A DNA stretch of 64,000 nucleotides from Gnetum montanum. Lineage: Eukaryota; Plantae; Gnetophyta. Of the stretch, positions 62,921 to 64,000 are shown in pieces (the stretch's first letter is position 1; each line of letters opens with the position of its first letter). The position numbers were made by a program, and so were the translations under genes. The notes beneath the pieces are model-generated. The model saw only the letters and a list, made by a program, of their open reading frames with translations, did not search any database and had not been told where the DNA came from. The stretch lies in NCBI GenBank assembly GCA_015680685.1, contig MNCI01000405.1, positions 540,521 to 604,520 of the forward strand. Direction: 5' to 3'.

Positions 62921-64000
62921 GATGGACAGCCACATTCAATTTTTTGGATCTCCTCCTTTCAACTCAGTCATGTGGGAGATGGCCATCCATGCTAATCATC
63001 CATATGGCTCATAAATTTTTCACTTTTTGTTTTACACATTTTTGTTTTATACTTTGTTGATTTTTACCTTTTTCTTTGGTTTTTCATTCTTTTGGTTTTC
63101 TCATTTTTTTTGACATCATTAGTATGTTTTATCTTTCTTGAACATTTTATACTTTTTTCTATATTTTACTTTATTATGTTTCTATGTGTCACTTTTCATC
63201 ATTTTTCCTAATAAAAGTGTTTTATTATCATAGGACATGGTGTCACTATTGTTGTTTACTAATGATGGTTTGTGCTTAATGTTGTAATCGTTAATGTCTA
63301 GTTTCTATTTTTGAATTCTAATGTCTAATAACTTTGACATGGTTTATTTTTCATAAAATAGGTAATGAGTCCACCACATCCACTCATTCACAAATGTTAT
63401 GGTTTTACTTGTTTTGGATGTTTGAGGTCCCTTCCATTAAGGAAAATTTTAATAAATTGGTGACCTTGATAGTTTCTGGAATTGGGAAGGATTCAAAGGT
63501 TTGTATAGGGTATGACTTCAAGGGGACTCAATACTCTTTGTACTCTTCTACTTTCTGAGGTGCTTGATTGTTTTCATTGACTACTTACCATTCCATGTTC
63601 NGAGGTGCTTGATTGTTTTCATTGACTACTTACCATTCCATGTTCCAATAACAAGAAGTCAAATAAAGTCTTTGCATGATGTGGTTCCCATCCAAAGATA
63701 AAAATTAAAAAATGAAAAAACACATGATGGAAATTCAAAGCACACCCCTTAAACAAATAAATAGGCTACAAGCACTAGTTATGGGACTAGAAAGCCATGA
63801 TAGCCATGTCTAAAGGTGTCATCTAACTAAGGCCCTATCTCACTTCCTACTTCTCTTTGTGGAATAGTGGTTGTTTTTGGGAGCACTCTCATGTCTTAAG
63901 GGGATGGATCAGTCTTGGAGAGGCAATGTGAAGTCACTGAAAGAGGTTGGTTTTGGTCTAGACTATGGATGGATCTTCTCAAGTCATTTTAAACACAAAC

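Larger units (their letters stand above)
55798..64000 (+). mobile_element. Element E: Athila-like Ty3/gypsy related to B and D, running off the window end
   Basis: 5' LTR 55798-56716, PBS TGGCACCATTGTTAGG (56718-56733), gag, pol, then 3' non-coding DNA. Confidence 0.9.

Noticed and set aside
63557-63645. Perfect 44-bp tandem duplication
   Set aside because: The two identical copies are separated by a single N (63601), which is typical of an unmerged contig overlap, so this is an assembly artefact.
1-64000. Fungal RIP as the cause of CpA>TpA changes
   Set aside because: The element types (Athila-, CRM- and SIRE-like, DUF4283 LINE) and the 5S fragment are plant-type, and methylation-driven deamination is sufficient to explain the pattern.

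Overview
This is AT-rich land-plant heterochromatin made almost entirely of nested, decayed retrotransposons. I see no intact host gene, RNA gene or CRISPR array. From left to right: a degenerate Ty1/copia (+, 1-4377) and a CRM/chromovirus-like Ty3/gypsy (element A, -, ~4380-32784). Element A is split by an Athila-like element (B, -, 9401-29652), which holds an internally deleted element (C, 20932-26799) and a solo LTR (28621-29195). A second solo LTR (31478-32742) sits in A's 5' LTR. Element F (-, 33492-44481) is a complete LTR-bounded unit with TSD, tRNA-Met PBS and PPT. It has no recognisable gag/pol and instead carries an intronless, now pseudogenised CCR4/nocturnin-family (EEP) deadenylase-like gene (34516-35577) that the ORF track does not show. 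F is interrupted by a probable Helitron (35845-43272) holding a 5S-rRNA-derived fragment, a 36-bp minisatellite and a nested near full-length L1 LINE. After F come a pol-less Athila-like element (D, -, 44905-51646), a copia RNase H remnant and an Athila-like element (E, +, 55798 to window end). The most notable observation is the LTR retroelement with a CCR4-like nuclease as cargo. All translations and alignments were done by eye and no database search was run.
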